Made by a program: the position numbers and the translations under genes. A DNA stretch of 59,880 nt from a virus (lineage: Duplodnaviria > Caudoviricetes). The notes under the pieces were generated by a model. The model did no database searches and was not told the DNA's origin. It saw only the letters and a program-made list of their open reading frames with translations. Numbering within the stretch: the stretch's first letter is position 1; each line of letters starts with the position of its first letter. Positions 58,648-59,880 of this stretch are shown in pieces. The DNA is taken from the IMG/VR virus record IMGVR_UViG_3300025888_000275, positions 1-59,880 of that record; one strand, written 5' to 3'.

Positions 58648-59291
58648 AAGCAAAATTGAAAAAATATTGGTGGGTTATCGGTCTGGTTTTACTTGGACTT
58701 GGCGTTTTCTTTTGGCAGAACCGCAAAATTGAGAAACAAAAAGACACCATCCAGATCCTTGCAATAGAAAACGCGGTTCTGAATGACACGGTTAAAGTGT
58801 ATAAAGACAAATCCGGTGCACTTACCTTCAAAATTAATTCAATTCAGATTGAACGCGATAATCTGAAAGCATCGTTGGAAGAATCCGGATATAGTCTCAA
58901 AGAACTCAAGCGCCGCGATATTAACTGGCGCAAAATAAACAGCGCACTCGAAACCGAATTAAGGGTTGCCGGGCAGTTTACAACCGTTTTGCGCGACACG
59001 GTTTACCGAAATTCGGTTGATACAATTCGGGCATCTGTATTCGATTGGAACAATAAATATTTATCGTTCGCTGGCCGGATAGTGAACAGGGATGTTACCG
59101 GCAATTATAACTACAAAACCTCGCTCGACGTGATCCAATCAAAAAACATCATATCTATTTATATGTCCGACCCAAACGCAACTATCATCAGCGGCAACCA
59201 ATTTACGGTCACATCGTCAAAAAAGTGGTACACGCGCCCGTGGGTGTGGGGATTGGCGGGAATGGTTGGTGGGTATTTTATAGCAAAGTAA
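58644..59291 (+). CDS. Spanin-like membrane protein
   Basis: N-terminal TM helix, coiled coil, C-terminal KKWY..W..G..GG hydrophobic tail; follows the endolysin. Confidence 0.55.
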   Translation: MKAKLKKYWWVIGLVLLGLGVFFWQNRKIEKQKDTIQILAIENAVLNDTVKVYKDKSGALTFKINSIQIERDNLKASLEESGYSLKELKRRDINWRKINSALETELRVAGQFTTVLRDTVYRNSVDTIRASVFDWNNKYLSFAGRIVNRDVTGNYNYKTSLDVIQSKNIISIYMSDPNATIISGNQFTVTSSKKWYTRPWVWGLAGMVGGYFIAK

Positions 59292-59442
59292 AAGCCTCCC
59301 CCCGCCCCTCCAAACGTAGGGGTGATAAGAACGCTCCGTTTATCGTCATTGCGAGGCACGAAGCAATCTAAATCTGTCCATTCGCCTTCAGACAAAAATC
59401 TGAAAATTTGATTTTCATTATTAATAACCAAAAATTCATCGC

Positions 59443-59880
59443 ATGAAAAGGTTTATTGCATTTTGCATTTTCGCGATCGGGTTAATGATATCCCTGCCTT
59501 CGACAGCTTCGCGCTCAGGCAGCGAGTCGCCACCTGGTCAGGTTTCGTTTGTTTCAGAACAGCCCGCCATTGCCCCGGCAATGGCTTACGCATTTGTTCC
59601 GCAAACTACCAATTTTGTTGTGTATAATCAACTAGCACCTATAACCGTAGTGGTTAAGGAGGAAGGAGGTTTGGCAATTGAGAAAAGTTTGAATACTTCT
59701 CTCGATTTGGGCTACTTAAATAAGGATGTTGTAATGTCTAAAGTGCCTACCTACAAGTTGAATTGTGATTTTGGATTTCTATTATGCCTTTACACTAAGG
59801 AGATGATCAATCAAAATACAACTGCAAAAAATATACAGTCCGATGGGCCAATAACCATTCGGGCAGATTCACAGGTTTAG
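59443..59880 (+). CDS. Hypothetical secreted protein
   Basis: Signal-peptide-like start; in-frame repeat peptide PSTASRSGS. Confidence 0.5.
   Translation: MKRFIAFCIFAIGLMISLPSTASRSGSESPPGQVSFVSEQPAIAPAMAYAFVPQTTNFVVYNQLAPITVVVKEEGGLAIEKSLNTSLDLGYLNKDVVMSKVPTYKLNCDFGFLLCLYTKEMINQNTTAKNIQSDGPITIRADSQV

Overview
The window is a nearly complete temperate, long-tailed phage or prophage of a Bacteroidota host. The host call rests on TAnnTTTG-type promoter boxes, A-rich leaders without Shine-Dalgarno sequences, and Bacteroidota-type short repeats. Gene order: cI/cro switch with a palindromic operator, antirepressor, tRNA-like RNAs and small early genes, and a fused primase-helicase. Next come an integron-like cassette array with a tyrosine recombinase and a stand-alone FtsK-gamma gene, a likely origin, the head module (S49 protease, capsid), glycosyltransferases and terminase. 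These are followed by a reverse-strand accessory block with a 700-bp minisatellite, portal/neck genes, morons, tape measure and tail genes, a complete diversity-generating retroelement (DGR) and lysis genes. Most novel-looking: (1) three genes bounded by attC-like TAAC...GTTA hairpins with self-complementary cassette ends, next to a recombinase lacking the IntI-specific insertion; (2) a DGR with no recognisable avd gene; (3) glycosyltransferases beside Ser/Gly-tailed virion proteins; (4) circularly permuted Fib_succ_major domains; (5) a fixed-spacing late-promoter motif; (6) many REP-like and heptamer repeats inserted in frame into core genes. All protein family calls come from motif recognition by eye; no searches were run.
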